This document shows positions 31,023-40,050 of a stretch of 64,000 nt of DNA, in pieces. The DNA is from a candidate division FCPU426 bacterium (GTDB lineage Bacteria; Oederibacteriota; Muellerivitia; Muellerivitales; Muellerivitaceae). The notes under the pieces are model-generated. The model was given only the letters and a program-made list of their open reading frames with translations. It was not told the origin of the DNA and did not search any database. The position numbers and the translations under genes were made by a program. The stretch spans positions 31,766 through 95,765 of the forward strand of contig CAVTWJ010000013.1 in assembly GCA_963738405.1 (NCBI GenBank), given 5' to 3'. Numbering within the stretch: position 1 is the first letter of the stretch; each line of letters opens with the position of its first letter.

Positions 31023-32536
31023 CCCCCATGGAACATTTTGTCATCCTCACCAACGGATCCTCCGTGGACTATGGGCGGATTCCCTCACTGGAGTTCGACG
31101 ATTTCAGGCAATGCATGCGCCACGGCGTAGAGAAGGGTTTTCGTGTGGTTTCCTTTTTCGGGGCATTCCCTGAGGAAGGGGAGGGAGTGGACCTGATGGC
31201 GGTATTCGCCGACGATCCTAACAACCGCCTCCTAGTATTTAAGACCCGCGTTCGGGAAGGAAGTTACCCGTCGCTCACACCCGATTGTCCCCAATTGCAC
31301 CTCTTTGAAAGGGAAATATTCGAGCAGTTCGGGCTTACCCCTAAGGGACATCCCTGGTTGAAGCCTGTCCGGTTTTCCCGTTCGGGTTGGAATCCAAAAA
31401 ATCCCGAAGGGATTCCGCCAATTGGTCTGATGGACTTTTACCAGGTCAAGGGAGACGAGGTGCACGAGGTGTCGGTGGGGCCGGTCCATGCGGGCGTGAT
31501 CGAGCCCGGCCATTTCCGTTTCCAATGCCACGGTGAAGAGGTTTTTCACCTGGAGATATCGCTTGGGTACCAGCACCGGGGAGTTGAGGAAGCCCTGATT
31601 GCGGGGCCCCGCAAGGATTCCTTTTACCAAATGGAGGCGGCCTCGGGGGACTCTACCATCGCCCATGCCTGGGCCTATTGCCAAAACCTGGAAAGCTTGA
31701 GGGGCGCCAAGATCACCGCCCACGACTGGATGGTGAGGGCCATCGCCCTGGAACTGGAACGCCTAGCCAACCATACGGGGGACCTGGGCGCCCTGGCGGG
31801 GGATGTGGGGTTTCTTCCCACCGCATCCTATTGCGGAAGGATTCGGGGGGATTTCCTCAACATGACCGCCGCCTTATGCGGAAGCCGGTTTGGACGAAGC
31901 CTGCTGAAGGTGGGGGGCAACCGCTTTCAGTTGGATATTCCCCAAGCAGGCGGCCTGTTGAAAAGATTGGCCGAAGCGGAAAGGGATGTCACTCAAGCGG
32001 TGGATCTCCTGTGGGAATCGGCCTCGGTGGTGGATCGGTTTGACGATACGGGCGCCGTCAGTCAGGACCAGGCCAGGGAATTGGGGTGGGTGGGCCCCAC
32101 CGCCCGAGCCTGCGGCGTGGAAACGGACGTGAGGTTCAATCACCCCTTTGGCCCCTACCGGTTCGTGGTGGTTCCGGTTTCCACGGCCCATGCCGGGGAC
32201 GTGCATTCCCGGGCCTTTGTTCGCTGGCTGGAGATCAAGAGGTCCATCCAGTTCGTCAGGGAAAGATTGATGAACCTGCCTTCCCCCGAAAAGGAAAAAC
32301 CGGCTGGGCCCGTAGCGGCTGGCCGCTTGGCAGTTTCAATGACCGAGGGCTGGAGGGGGGAAGTCTGCCATGTGGCCTTGACGGGGAAGGACGGACAGTT
32401 CATCCGCTACAAGATCACCGACCCTTCCTTCCACAACTGGAGCGCTCTCGCCCTTTCCATGCGCAACCAGGCAATTTCCGATTTCCCCGTTTGCAACAAG
32501 AGTTTCAACCTTTCTTATTGCGGGCACGACCTATGA
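31019..32536 (+). CDS. hyfG: HyfG/EhrL large subunit (NuoC+NuoD-like) lacking the NiFe-binding CxxC motifs
   Basis: FEREIFE..GHPWLKPVR, VGPVHAGVIEPGHFRF, GYQHRGVE and EGWRGE. EAASGDST and DFPVCNKSFNLSYCGHDL replace RxCGxC and DPCxxC. Confidence 0.9.
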   Translation: MTPMEHFVILTNGSSVDYGRIPSLEFDDFRQCMRHGVEKGFRVVSFFGAFPEEGEGVDLMAVFADDPNNRLLVFKTRVREGSYPSLTPDCPQLHLFEREIFEQFGLTPKGHPWLKPVRFSRSGWNPKNPEGIPPIGLMDFYQVKGDEVHEVSVGPVHAGVIEPGHFRFQCHGEEVFHLEISLGYQHRGVEEALIAGPRKDSFYQMEAASGDSTIAHAWAYCQNLESLRGAKITAHDWMVRAIALELERLANHTGDLGALAGDVGFLPTASYCGRIRGDFLNMTAALCGSRFGRSLLKVGGNRFQLDIPQAGGLLKRLAEAERDVTQAVDLLWESASVVDRFDDTGAVSQDQARELGWVGPTARACGVETDVRFNHPFGPYRFVVVPVSTAHAGDVHSRAFVRWLEIKRSIQFVRERLMNLPSPEKEKPAGPVAAGRLAVSMTEGWRGEVCHVALTGKDGQFIRYKITDPSFHNWSALALSMRNQAISDFPVCNKSFNLSYCGHDL

Positions 32537-32557
32537 GGCCCTTCATGGAGGCGAGAA

Positions 32558-33337
32558 ATGTATAGGATCTTGAAGGCCAGATTCCAGCAGGGCCACCGGA
32601 CGATTGAATTTCCCAAAGGTCCGTCCCCCTCCATGCCGGACCACTTCCGGGGGCTCCCGGTTATTGATACGGCCCAATGCCCGCAAGGGTGCCGGGAATG
32701 CGTGGAGGCCTGCCCGGTGGATGCCATTTCGATGAAGGGCGAGAAACCTCAAATCGACCTGGGGCGATGCCTTTTTTGCACCGACTGCATGGAAGCCTGC
32801 CCGCAAGGGGCGATTGAATATGGCGGGGATTACCGACTGGCTTCCCGCACCAGGGAAGGCCTGAAGGTCGCCCCGAATATGGAAATAAAGTTGGCGCAGG
32901 CACTGGACGAGAAACTTCTCCGTCTCTTCGGCCGTTCACTCAAATTAAGGCAGGTTTCCGCCGGAGGCTGCAACGCTTGCGAGGCGGATGTGAACGTGTT
33001 GGGCACGGTAGGTTGGGACCTAGGACGATTCGGAATCCAGATGGTGGCCTCGCCCCGGCACGCGGACGGGCTCCTGGTCACCGGCTGCGTCACCGAAAAC
33101 ATGAAGGTGGCGCTGGAAAAAACCTATGCGGCGGTCGCGCCTCCCAAAATCGTCATTGCGGTGGGGGCTTGTGCTATTTCAGGAGGGCCTTTTCTAAAAA
33201 ATTCCCAGCAGTTGGGAGGCGCGGGATCCACGGTGCCGGTAGATCTTTACATACCAGGGTGTCCGCCCCATCCCTTGACGATTTTAGACGGTTTATTAAG
33301 GCTTTTGGGCCGGTTGGAAGGCCGTAAGGGCCCATAG
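32558..33337 (+). CDS. hyfI: Fused 2[4Fe-4S] ferredoxin (HyfH-like) and small subunit (HyfI/EhrS, NuoB-like)
   Basis: CPQGCRECVEACP, CLFCTDCMEACP, GGCNACE, SPRHADG, VGACAISGG and IPGCPPHP. Confidence 0.92.
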   Translation: MYRILKARFQQGHRTIEFPKGPSPSMPDHFRGLPVIDTAQCPQGCRECVEACPVDAISMKGEKPQIDLGRCLFCTDCMEACPQGAIEYGGDYRLASRTREGLKVAPNMEIKLAQALDEKLLRLFGRSLKLRQVSAGGCNACEADVNVLGTVGWDLGRFGIQMVASPRHADGLLVTGCVTENMKVALEKTYAAVAPPKIVIAVGACAISGGPFLKNSQQLGGAGSTVPVDLYIPGCPPHPLTILDGLLRLLGRLEGRKGP

Positions 33338-33504
33338 ATCAATTCCTGAAGGCTTGTTTTGATTCTTTTTCCAAGGTTTCTTCCCACTTCAAATGGCCGA
33401 GAAGGTTGATAAAATCGGTAAGGAAAATTTCAAACCTTCCCTGGCCAAAGCGCTGAAAGAATTGAAATAGTCGTTTAATGAAGGTTTATGAAGGGGAGAC
33501 TCGT

Positions 33505-34422
33505 ATGAACTTTAAAGTGATAGTCCTGTTTTTACTTACCATCGCCCTTGGTTTCGCGGCGGGGTTGGTGCCTTCCGACATCGTGGGGGGCGAAAGTTAT
33601 ATCGATGGTTTGATCCCCGCCAAGGGGGCCTGTCTGGGGCTCATGATCGGCCTCCTCATTTTTATCCTGGGTCGCATCCTCTCCGTTGGGTTTTACGGCA
33701 AGACCCTGAAGGCCCTATTGCTCGCTTCAGGCATCGCCTTTCTTGGGTGTTATTTTGGAAATTTTGTTCGGGATGGGTCCGAGACCCTTCAAATTACCAC
33801 CGCGCAGTTTCTGCAGCTGGAAGCCTGCCCGAGGGGCCTAGCCGCCTTTATGGATTATATGGGGGACGACCTGAAAGAAATCGACCTTCAGGACGATATC
33901 ACGAAAAAACCCAGCAGTTCCTTCGGGCCTGTCATGACGAAGATTCTTTTTATCGTCGATCTGTTTCTATGCGTCTGTTTCTTTTTCCTGGTCGTGTTTT
34001 TTTTCTTCGTGAATTTCTCCTATTGCCGAACCTGCCTGCGGTACAAGAAAAAATCCGGGTCCACGGTTCTTTATTTTCCCCAGGACAACAGCGACACCTT
34101 TTCCGTTTTTTTGGGAAACGTGGGCGGATTGATCCAGGGAGGGGACTATTCCAAAACCGTGGCGTTTCTTCTCGACGCGAAGCGGGGGCAGGATGTTGTT
34201 TTTACGCCTGATTTCGTGAAAAGCAAAGAAATGAAACGAACCGCCCATTTCAAAGTGACCCTGACCGAAACCCGTTGTCCGGTCTGCCAAGAATCGACCC
34301 TCAAGGGAGATGTGCAATCACAGGACTCGGCTGGAAATTTGTCCGCCATTACCCATTTGAACTTCAGCCTCACCTCCAAGCCCCACGAAAACCCCATAGC
34401 CTTGAGTGCGTTAGCTGTTTAA
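33505..34422 (+). CDS. Hypothetical membrane protein with two distant CxxC pairs
   Basis: Long ORF with a GGGGAG RBS and several TM segments; YCRTC and RCPVC. Confidence 0.7.
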   Translation: MNFKVIVLFLLTIALGFAAGLVPSDIVGGESYIDGLIPAKGACLGLMIGLLIFILGRILSVGFYGKTLKALLLASGIAFLGCYFGNFVRDGSETLQITTAQFLQLEACPRGLAAFMDYMGDDLKEIDLQDDITKKPSSSFGPVMTKILFIVDLFLCVCFFFLVVFFFFVNFSYCRTCLRYKKKSGSTVLYFPQDNSDTFSVFLGNVGGLIQGGDYSKTVAFLLDAKRGQDVVFTPDFVKSKEMKRTAHFKVTLTETRCPVCQESTLKGDVQSQDSAGNLSAITHLNFSLTSKPHENPIALSALAV

Positions 34423-34444
34423 ATTTCGATTAAGGAAAAGAGAT

Positions 34445-35803
34445 ATGGCCCAACCGCAAAACAAAAAAACGGCAGCCGAAACTAAACCAGACCCCTTCGT
34501 GGGCCGTAGGGGCCCTGTTCATTTTATGCCCCGTAAAACCCTAGTTCTTTTTCTTACGGCGGGATTTTTGGTTCTGGTTGGGGTCATGTGGCTTTGCACC
34601 CTGCTTCATCCCCTCCCGCCCCGTACCCTCACCCTGGCCACCGGGCCGGAAGGAAGCTCTTACGCTTGGTGGGGAAAGCGCTACAAGATCCTTTTGGCAA
34701 AACAGGGAATCGATTTGGTTTTGAAAAACACCAACGGCGGGGTTGAAAATCTTAACCTTTTGCGCGACCCGAATTCGGGCGTGCAGGCGGGCTTTGTGGA
34801 AGGTGGCGTGGCCACGGAGGATGACTCGGCCGCCTTGGATTCCCTGGGCACCCTGGGATATGAGCCGGTTTGGATCTTTTCGCATAAAGTTGGATCGGAC
34901 CGCATCCTCTTCGCCCTCCGGGGCAAGAAGGTGGCCCTGGGGCCCGAGGGCAGCGATTCCCGGGCATTGGTGGAAGAACTGCTCAAGCGCAATACCTTGG
35001 ATATCAACGCCTACAATGCCGCGAACCTGGAGCCGGAAGACGCCGCCAATGCCCTGGTGGCTGGTAAGGTCGACGCGGCCATCCTCATGCTCAATTGGGG
35101 TTCACCTATCATTCGCAAACTCATCACTTCGCCGGGAATCGACCTGGCGAATTTCGACAGGGCCGACGCCTATGTGGCGCTGTTTCCTTCGTTGTACAAG
35201 CGGGTGGTGCCCATGGGAGTGGCGGATCTGGAACATAACCGACCTCCAAAGGACACGACCCTTTTAGCCACCAAGACCAGCCTGATCATACGGGAGGGTC
35301 TGCACCCGGCCCTGCAATACCTGTTGTTGGAAGCGGCCTCCCAGATCCACTCGCACGCGGGCATCTTTCAGAAGGCTGGGGAGTTTCCGGCGCCCGAGGC
35401 TTTGGAGATCGACTTGAGCCCCGACGCGAGGCATTTTTACAAATCGGGAAGACCGTTCCTTCAGCGCTATATGCCCTTTTGGCTCGCGGCCCTGGCGGAG
35501 CAGGTGCTGGTGCTTTTGCTTCCCCTGGTGGGATTGCTCTATCCACTTGGCCGGGGCCTAGCCTCCCTTTATGGCTGGGGTATGCAAAGAAAGATTTACC
35601 TCATCTACGGCGAGCTTCATTTCCTCGAGAGGGATATCCACCAGATGGGAAACAAGCCTCCGACCGAGGATGTCTTGACCCGTTTGAAGAGCCTGGAGGA
35701 GCGGGCCAATCGGGTTCGGGTATCGCAAAACTATATCCCGATGCTTTACAGCCTGAAGGAAAATATCTCCTACGTCCGCGCCCGGCTTTCCAAGCGGAGT
35801 TGA
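34445..35803 (+). CDS. TAXI-family TRAP solute-binding protein with a C-terminal TM extension
   Basis: LATGPEGSSY, TNGGVENL, YEPVWIF, LRGKKVALGPEGS and FLQRYMPFWLA. Confidence 0.85.
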   Translation: MAQPQNKKTAAETKPDPFVGRRGPVHFMPRKTLVLFLTAGFLVLVGVMWLCTLLHPLPPRTLTLATGPEGSSYAWWGKRYKILLAKQGIDLVLKNTNGGVENLNLLRDPNSGVQAGFVEGGVATEDDSAALDSLGTLGYEPVWIFSHKVGSDRILFALRGKKVALGPEGSDSRALVEELLKRNTLDINAYNAANLEPEDAANALVAGKVDAAILMLNWGSPIIRKLITSPGIDLANFDRADAYVALFPSLYKRVVPMGVADLEHNRPPKDTTLLATKTSLIIREGLHPALQYLLLEAASQIHSHAGIFQKAGEFPAPEALEIDLSPDARHFYKSGRPFLQRYMPFWLAALAEQVLVLLLPLVGLLYPLGRGLASLYGWGMQRKIYLIYGELHFLERDIHQMGNKPPTEDVLTRLKSLEERANRVRVSQNYIPMLYSLKENISYVRARLSKRS

Positions 35804-36022
35804 AAAGTTTAGGGGGACTAAGCGCTGTAAACTCGAAAACAAAAATGTAGATATAAACTTTTTCGATAGATATACCTCTTTGCTCCTCACCTAAAAACCT
35901 CAATTTGCCTTTGATTTGATCAATCCCAACCTGCCTCATTTGGCATGGAGGTTGCCCGTTTACCTATAAGCGACAACTCAGCTCGATTGAGGGTAATCGC
36001 GGGATGGCCCTTGAGGAGAAGC

Positions 36023-37054
36023 ATGATTCCCCCTCCCAGACCCTTTGATGAATCCAACCGGCGCGATGAACTGCTGGAATTAAACCTGCTGGATACCCCT
36101 GCCCAGGAAAGCTTTGACCGGATCACCCGCCTCGCGGTCCGCCTTTTTCAGGTTCCCATCGTCCTGGTGACTTTGGTCGATAAAGACCGGGTTTGGTTCA
36201 AGTCGGCCCTTGGTACGGATCTTTTAGAGGTGCCCCGGGAAATTTCCTTTTGCGGCCACGCCATTCTTAACCACGAAGCCCTGATTTTGCCGGATGCCTT
36301 GGAAGATGAGCGCTTCCGGGACAATCCCTTGGTGACCGCCAACCCGCCCATCCGTTTTTACGCCGGACATCCCCTTTCGGGGCCCAAGGGACGCCGGGTT
36401 GGCGCCCTTTGCCTGATAGACCACCAGCCAAGAGAATTCGGCCCTGAAAACCTCTCGTCCCTTAAGGACCTGGCCGCGCTGGTGGAGACCCAGCTGGGGG
36501 TGTCCCGCGTGAGCCAGTCCCAAAGGCGCCTGCTCAGGGAGCGGGACCAGCTTTTCAGCATGGCCCGGATGGATTCCCTCACCGGCCTTTGGAATAGGGG
36601 GGCGGTGCTTGAGTTTTTTCAACAGGAATGGGAAAACGCCATTGAGCAGACGGTTCCCTTAAGCCTGATCCTCGCCGATATGGACCATTTCAAGCGAATC
36701 AACGACACCTACGGACATCTCAGCGGAGACCAGGTATTAAAAGAGTCCGCGGCCCGAATCCAATCCTGCCTGAGAGATACGGACCTGGCCGGAAGGTACG
36801 GCGGTGAGGAATTTATGCTCATCCTGCCAGGGGTGGGGGCCTCTAAGGCCTGGGAAATCGCCGAAAGGATTCGGCGGCGGATTTGCGAGGAGCCTTTTGA
36901 GCTTCTCAGCGGAAGCCATACCTTCACGATCAGCCTGGGGTGCGGCACCCTGACCGGGGGGCTCAGCCTGGACCCCTTTTTCAACCAGGTGGATCAAGCC
37001 TTGTACCAGGCCAAGAACGGCGGACGAAACCGCACCTGCCGGGCCCCTGAGTGA
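36023..37054 (+). CDS. GAF-GGDEF diguanylate cyclase
   Basis: LLDTPAQESFDRITR..SFCGHAI..IRFYAG (GAF); DSLTGLWNR, DMDHFKRIND, RDTD I-site and GGEEF; GAGGAG RBS. Confidence 0.95.
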   Translation: MIPPPRPFDESNRRDELLELNLLDTPAQESFDRITRLAVRLFQVPIVLVTLVDKDRVWFKSALGTDLLEVPREISFCGHAILNHEALILPDALEDERFRDNPLVTANPPIRFYAGHPLSGPKGRRVGALCLIDHQPREFGPENLSSLKDLAALVETQLGVSRVSQSQRRLLRERDQLFSMARMDSLTGLWNRGAVLEFFQQEWENAIEQTVPLSLILADMDHFKRINDTYGHLSGDQVLKESAARIQSCLRDTDLAGRYGGEEFMLILPGVGASKAWEIAERIRRRICEEPFELLSGSHTFTISLGCGTLTGGLSLDPFFNQVDQALYQAKNGGRNRTCRAPE

Positions 37055-37141
37055 CTAGGAATACCCCGCCGAACCCTTTAAACCCTGAAAATAAAGCCTT
37101 CAAACATTGTGATTAACCGTCCCGGGTGCCAGGATGGGCCC

Positions 37142-37345
37142 ATGAAAACAACCGTCCACATTGATAAAAGTTTGTTGAACCAGGCGGCCCGGCTGACGGG
37201 AATCGAAGAAAGAGCGGCCCTGATCCGCATGGCTTTGGAAGCCTTGATTAGGCAAGAAACAGCTCGAATCGCGGTATCCGATGGAAGCGACCCGCTTGCC
37301 GTCCCCGCCCCGCGAAAAGGTTATCTGCCGCGAAAAAGAAAATAA
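37142..37345 (+). CDS. vapB: VapB-family antitoxin-like protein (RHH)
   Basis: MKTTVHIDKSLLNQAARLTGIEERAALIRMALEALIRQETAR..GS.P...APR pattern. Confidence 0.75.
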   Translation: MKTTVHIDKSLLNQAARLTGIEERAALIRMALEALIRQETARIAVSDGSDPLAVPAPRKGYLPRKRK

Positions 37346-37714
37346 AACTTAAAATTCAAATGTTGCGATTTTAAGAAACACCGGCAATTTTTTTCCTTTC
37401 GGCCTCTTTTTATGAAAAGGTTTTCCCTTCGATATTGGGCCTCATCTCCTGGAATTTTTAAAAAAAATGTCTTTTGTGAAATCCGCCTAAATAAATATTT
37501 TATCGGATGTACAAATCTAGGCTCTCTTGCGCGCTTCTTGAAGAAAACCCAATAAAAACACTCTTAAAACAAGTTTTCAGCTTTTTGAAAACGGATGTAC
37601 GTAACTGGACGGAAAAAAATAGACCCCCCGTGAAATTTAAGTTACAAGTTGTGAAGATATAAGTGACGAAAGCGCGGGGTGTTAAACGCGAAAAGTTAGG
37701 ATGGATGATGGGGG

Positions 37715-37975
37715 ATGATGGGGATGGTTGAGCCAAAGAAGCAAAACGGCGGAAGAAAAATTACGGACGGCGAAATGAGCGGCGCAAAAAAACGGGGAAG
37801 AAAACCGATGGGAGGATTAAGAATTATCCTCCGGTTGACTCCCCAGCAGGTTCTGGTGCTGGGTGAAAAACACAAGGAGACGGGCCTGAGCCGGACGGAT
37901 CTGATCCGGCGGGCCATTGACGCTTATTATTTTACGAAGCGCCGCGAATCAGACTGGAATGAAAAGAACGCCTAG
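37715..37975 (+). CDS. Ribbon-helix-helix (CopG-like) DNA-binding protein
   Basis: KRGRKP then RIILRLTPQQ..ETGLSRTDLIRRAIDAY; start uncertain. Confidence 0.65.
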   Translation: MMGMVEPKKQNGGRKITDGEMSGAKKRGRKPMGGLRIILRLTPQQVLVLGEKHKETGLSRTDLIRRAIDAYYFTKRRESDWNEKNA

Positions 37976-38081
37976 AAGAAGCTGACCGCATGAAAATCCT
38001 TGGTGGAGAGGTATCCGGAAGTGCGTCACCCTTCAATGCCTTGGCGTTCCGTGATGAATTCCGAAACTGGCAACCGCCTTC

Positions 38082-38840
38082 GTGAAATTAACATGGAAGT
38101 TACCTTGCGACATGGATGAAATCCCCCTGCGCGAGGGTGTGCCTCGAATTTACCCCATCGATCCCAATCCCACGCCTTACGATCTCCCTGTCGTTAAGGC
38201 CGAGGAATATAAGATTTACCAATTGATGGAGCCCTTTAAACCCGGGCAACTCTATGAATTTGGATTATTCACTCCCAAAAAATTCGCCTATCCCTGCCCC
38301 TTTTGCCTGGAGCCGGTTCCCCCCTCGACCATGGACCCCGCCAAGCATTACTGGCTTTGCGCCGTCTGCCGGCATTTGATTTTGGACCATTTGTTGACCT
38401 TCCCAAGGAACCGGTACGGCCGCAAAGAGGAAATGGCGCTTCTTTGCTTGGAGGCTATTTTTATCCGCAATTGGAACTCCATTATTTCAGGAAAAAAAGC
38501 CAAAGGACCTAAAGTGCAAGCGGCCAGAGCGGAAGAAGCCCTTTCTGAAGCCGTGGCCCTTTTGCTGGAAAACCAGTCCATGTTCGTGGAAAGGCCGGGC
38601 GATGTTGAAAAGGAAGTCCTCGACTTTCTGGAAGCGCCTCCGCCGAGGTATGGGGTTTTGGCCCAAGAACTTCGCAAGGGCCGGGTTTACCGGGAACAGG
38701 TAGAGGATCTATTGAGGCTGGGGGCGGGCTTAAAGGCGATTACCATTTTCCAAATCGTTCTGGTGGAAAGCACGTCCGAGGCCGCCTTTAAGGAAAATGA
38801 AAAAAAAGAGATATTACAAAGGCTGCGCCAAAGGCTTTAA
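38082..38840 (+). CDS. Hypothetical protein with a CxxC-x17-CxxC zinc finger
   Basis: CPFC...CAVC in a 252-aa ORF; start uncertain. Confidence 0.6.
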   Translation: MKLTWKLPCDMDEIPLREGVPRIYPIDPNPTPYDLPVVKAEEYKIYQLMEPFKPGQLYEFGLFTPKKFAYPCPFCLEPVPPSTMDPAKHYWLCAVCRHLILDHLLTFPRNRYGRKEEMALLCLEAIFIRNWNSIISGKKAKGPKVQAARAEEALSEAVALLLENQSMFVERPGDVEKEVLDFLEAPPPRYGVLAQELRKGRVYREQVEDLLRLGAGLKAITIFQIVLVESTSEAAFKENEKKEILQRLRQRL

Positions 38841-38994
38841 GTCCCCTCTTCATTTGACCCCATGTGTTCCGCTTTTATTCCTACTGCATTTGGACGAACC
38901 TGCGCATTTTCCTGCCAATTTAAAGTTTGTGAAGTAGGATAAAAGACCGCCCTGGCTCAAGAGGCGGGGAAATAACTTTGGGAAGGCGGGAACC

Positions 38995-39567
38995 ATGGTC
39001 TTTTTAATCTGGTTTTTGAACTTAGGCATCAGCATTTGGAACGCCTATGCCACCGGCAAGGTCTGGGTGGAAGCCAAGCACGCGGGGGGCGGTTACCGCT
39101 TCATGGCCTGGATGGGATACCTGATGGCCTCTTTGGGTTTCAGTTGGAATATCCTGATCATCGCGGGCTATGTGATGGTTTCGATGGGTAAGATCACTCC
39201 CGACCAGCTGGACCTCTTTTTTAGTGCGGGCTATGTGATGCTGGTGCCGGGAATTCTCTTCTCGGGCTACGCCATCACCTTTCAAAGCTGGGCCAACGCC
39301 TACCGCAACCACTCCATCGTCAATATGGCCTCAGCGGCCTATAACACTTACGCCAGCATCCATAACACCCTCAGCGCGGTGGACGACTTTCCAAAAGCCT
39401 TCGCCAGCGTCGCCAAGGCCTTCACGGGCGGGAGCGGAAGAAACAAGGGCAGCGGTTTGATCCTCTTCGCGGCGGTGCTTTGCGCCCTTTCGGGTTTCAT
39501 CATCGCCGGTATGATTGTTCATCGGGTCGCGGCCAGCGACGGCTTGCCCGAGCATGCGGGTAAATAG
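38995..39567 (+). CDS. Hypothetical membrane protein
   Basis: 190-aa ORF with about four hydrophobic segments. Confidence 0.7.
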   Translation: MVFLIWFLNLGISIWNAYATGKVWVEAKHAGGGYRFMAWMGYLMASLGFSWNILIIAGYVMVSMGKITPDQLDLFFSAGYVMLVPGILFSGYAITFQSWANAYRNHSIVNMASAAYNTYASIHNTLSAVDDFPKAFASVAKAFTGGSGRNKGSGLILFAAVLCALSGFIIAGMIVHRVAASDGLPEHAGK

Positions 39568-39612
39568 CTTTGGCTAAGCCTTGAAGACAAATATCCAATA
39601 AGAGCTTTAAGT

Positions 39613-40050
39613 ATGAAACCGCCCCAACCCGAACAAAACCCCCAGTTTTCACCCGAAGACCTTGAGTTTTCGCCCCGTGACCTGACCCCGGAAGAAATGG
39701 CAGAGCTTAAGCGCATTTCCGGACGGTTCTACAAATTTGCGGGGGTCCTCTTTTTGGCCTCGGGCTGGCTTTCATCCCAACTTTTGCATTTAGGGCAAGA
39801 TATCATCCTGCGCCAAATGAAGAACGAATTGAGCCCTTATGGGTGGGTCTGCGTCGGTTTAATGGCCCTTGGCATTTCCTGGGGGAGAATTCGCATTTGG
39901 CTTAAGTTGAGGAAAGACATTAAGGATGGAACGGCCCTTTCGGGCCGTAAGAAGGGAACTGGGCCAGGTGGAAAGATCGTCTGGGAATACCTGCCCGTTT
40001 CGAAAATGGTCTGGGCTTACCAGGAAAAGCGAGCAACAGTCGGGGCCTGA
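39613..40050 (+). CDS. Hypothetical membrane protein
   Basis: 145-aa ORF with two TM segments; it abuts the gltA stop. Confidence 0.6.
   Translation: MKPPQPEQNPQFSPEDLEFSPRDLTPEEMAELKRISGRFYKFAGVLFLASGWLSSQLLHLGQDIILRQMKNELSPYGWVCVGLMALGISWGRIRIWLKLRKDIKDGTALSGRKKGTGPGGKIVWEYLPVSKMVWAYQEKRATVGA

Noticed and set aside
31019..32536. A true [NiFe]-hydrogenase or formate hydrogenlyase
   Set aside because: Both metal-binding CxxC motifs are missing.
35911..35923. TTGAT-TTG-ATCAA as an FNR box upstream of the diguanylate cyclase
   Set aside because: The spacer is 3 bp rather than the required 4.
37959..38084. Possible TGA-readthrough or selenoprotein extension upstream of ORF 38082
   Set aside because: There are three in-frame TGA codons with no redox motif or SECIS-like hairpin, and TGA is a normal stop elsewhere in the window.
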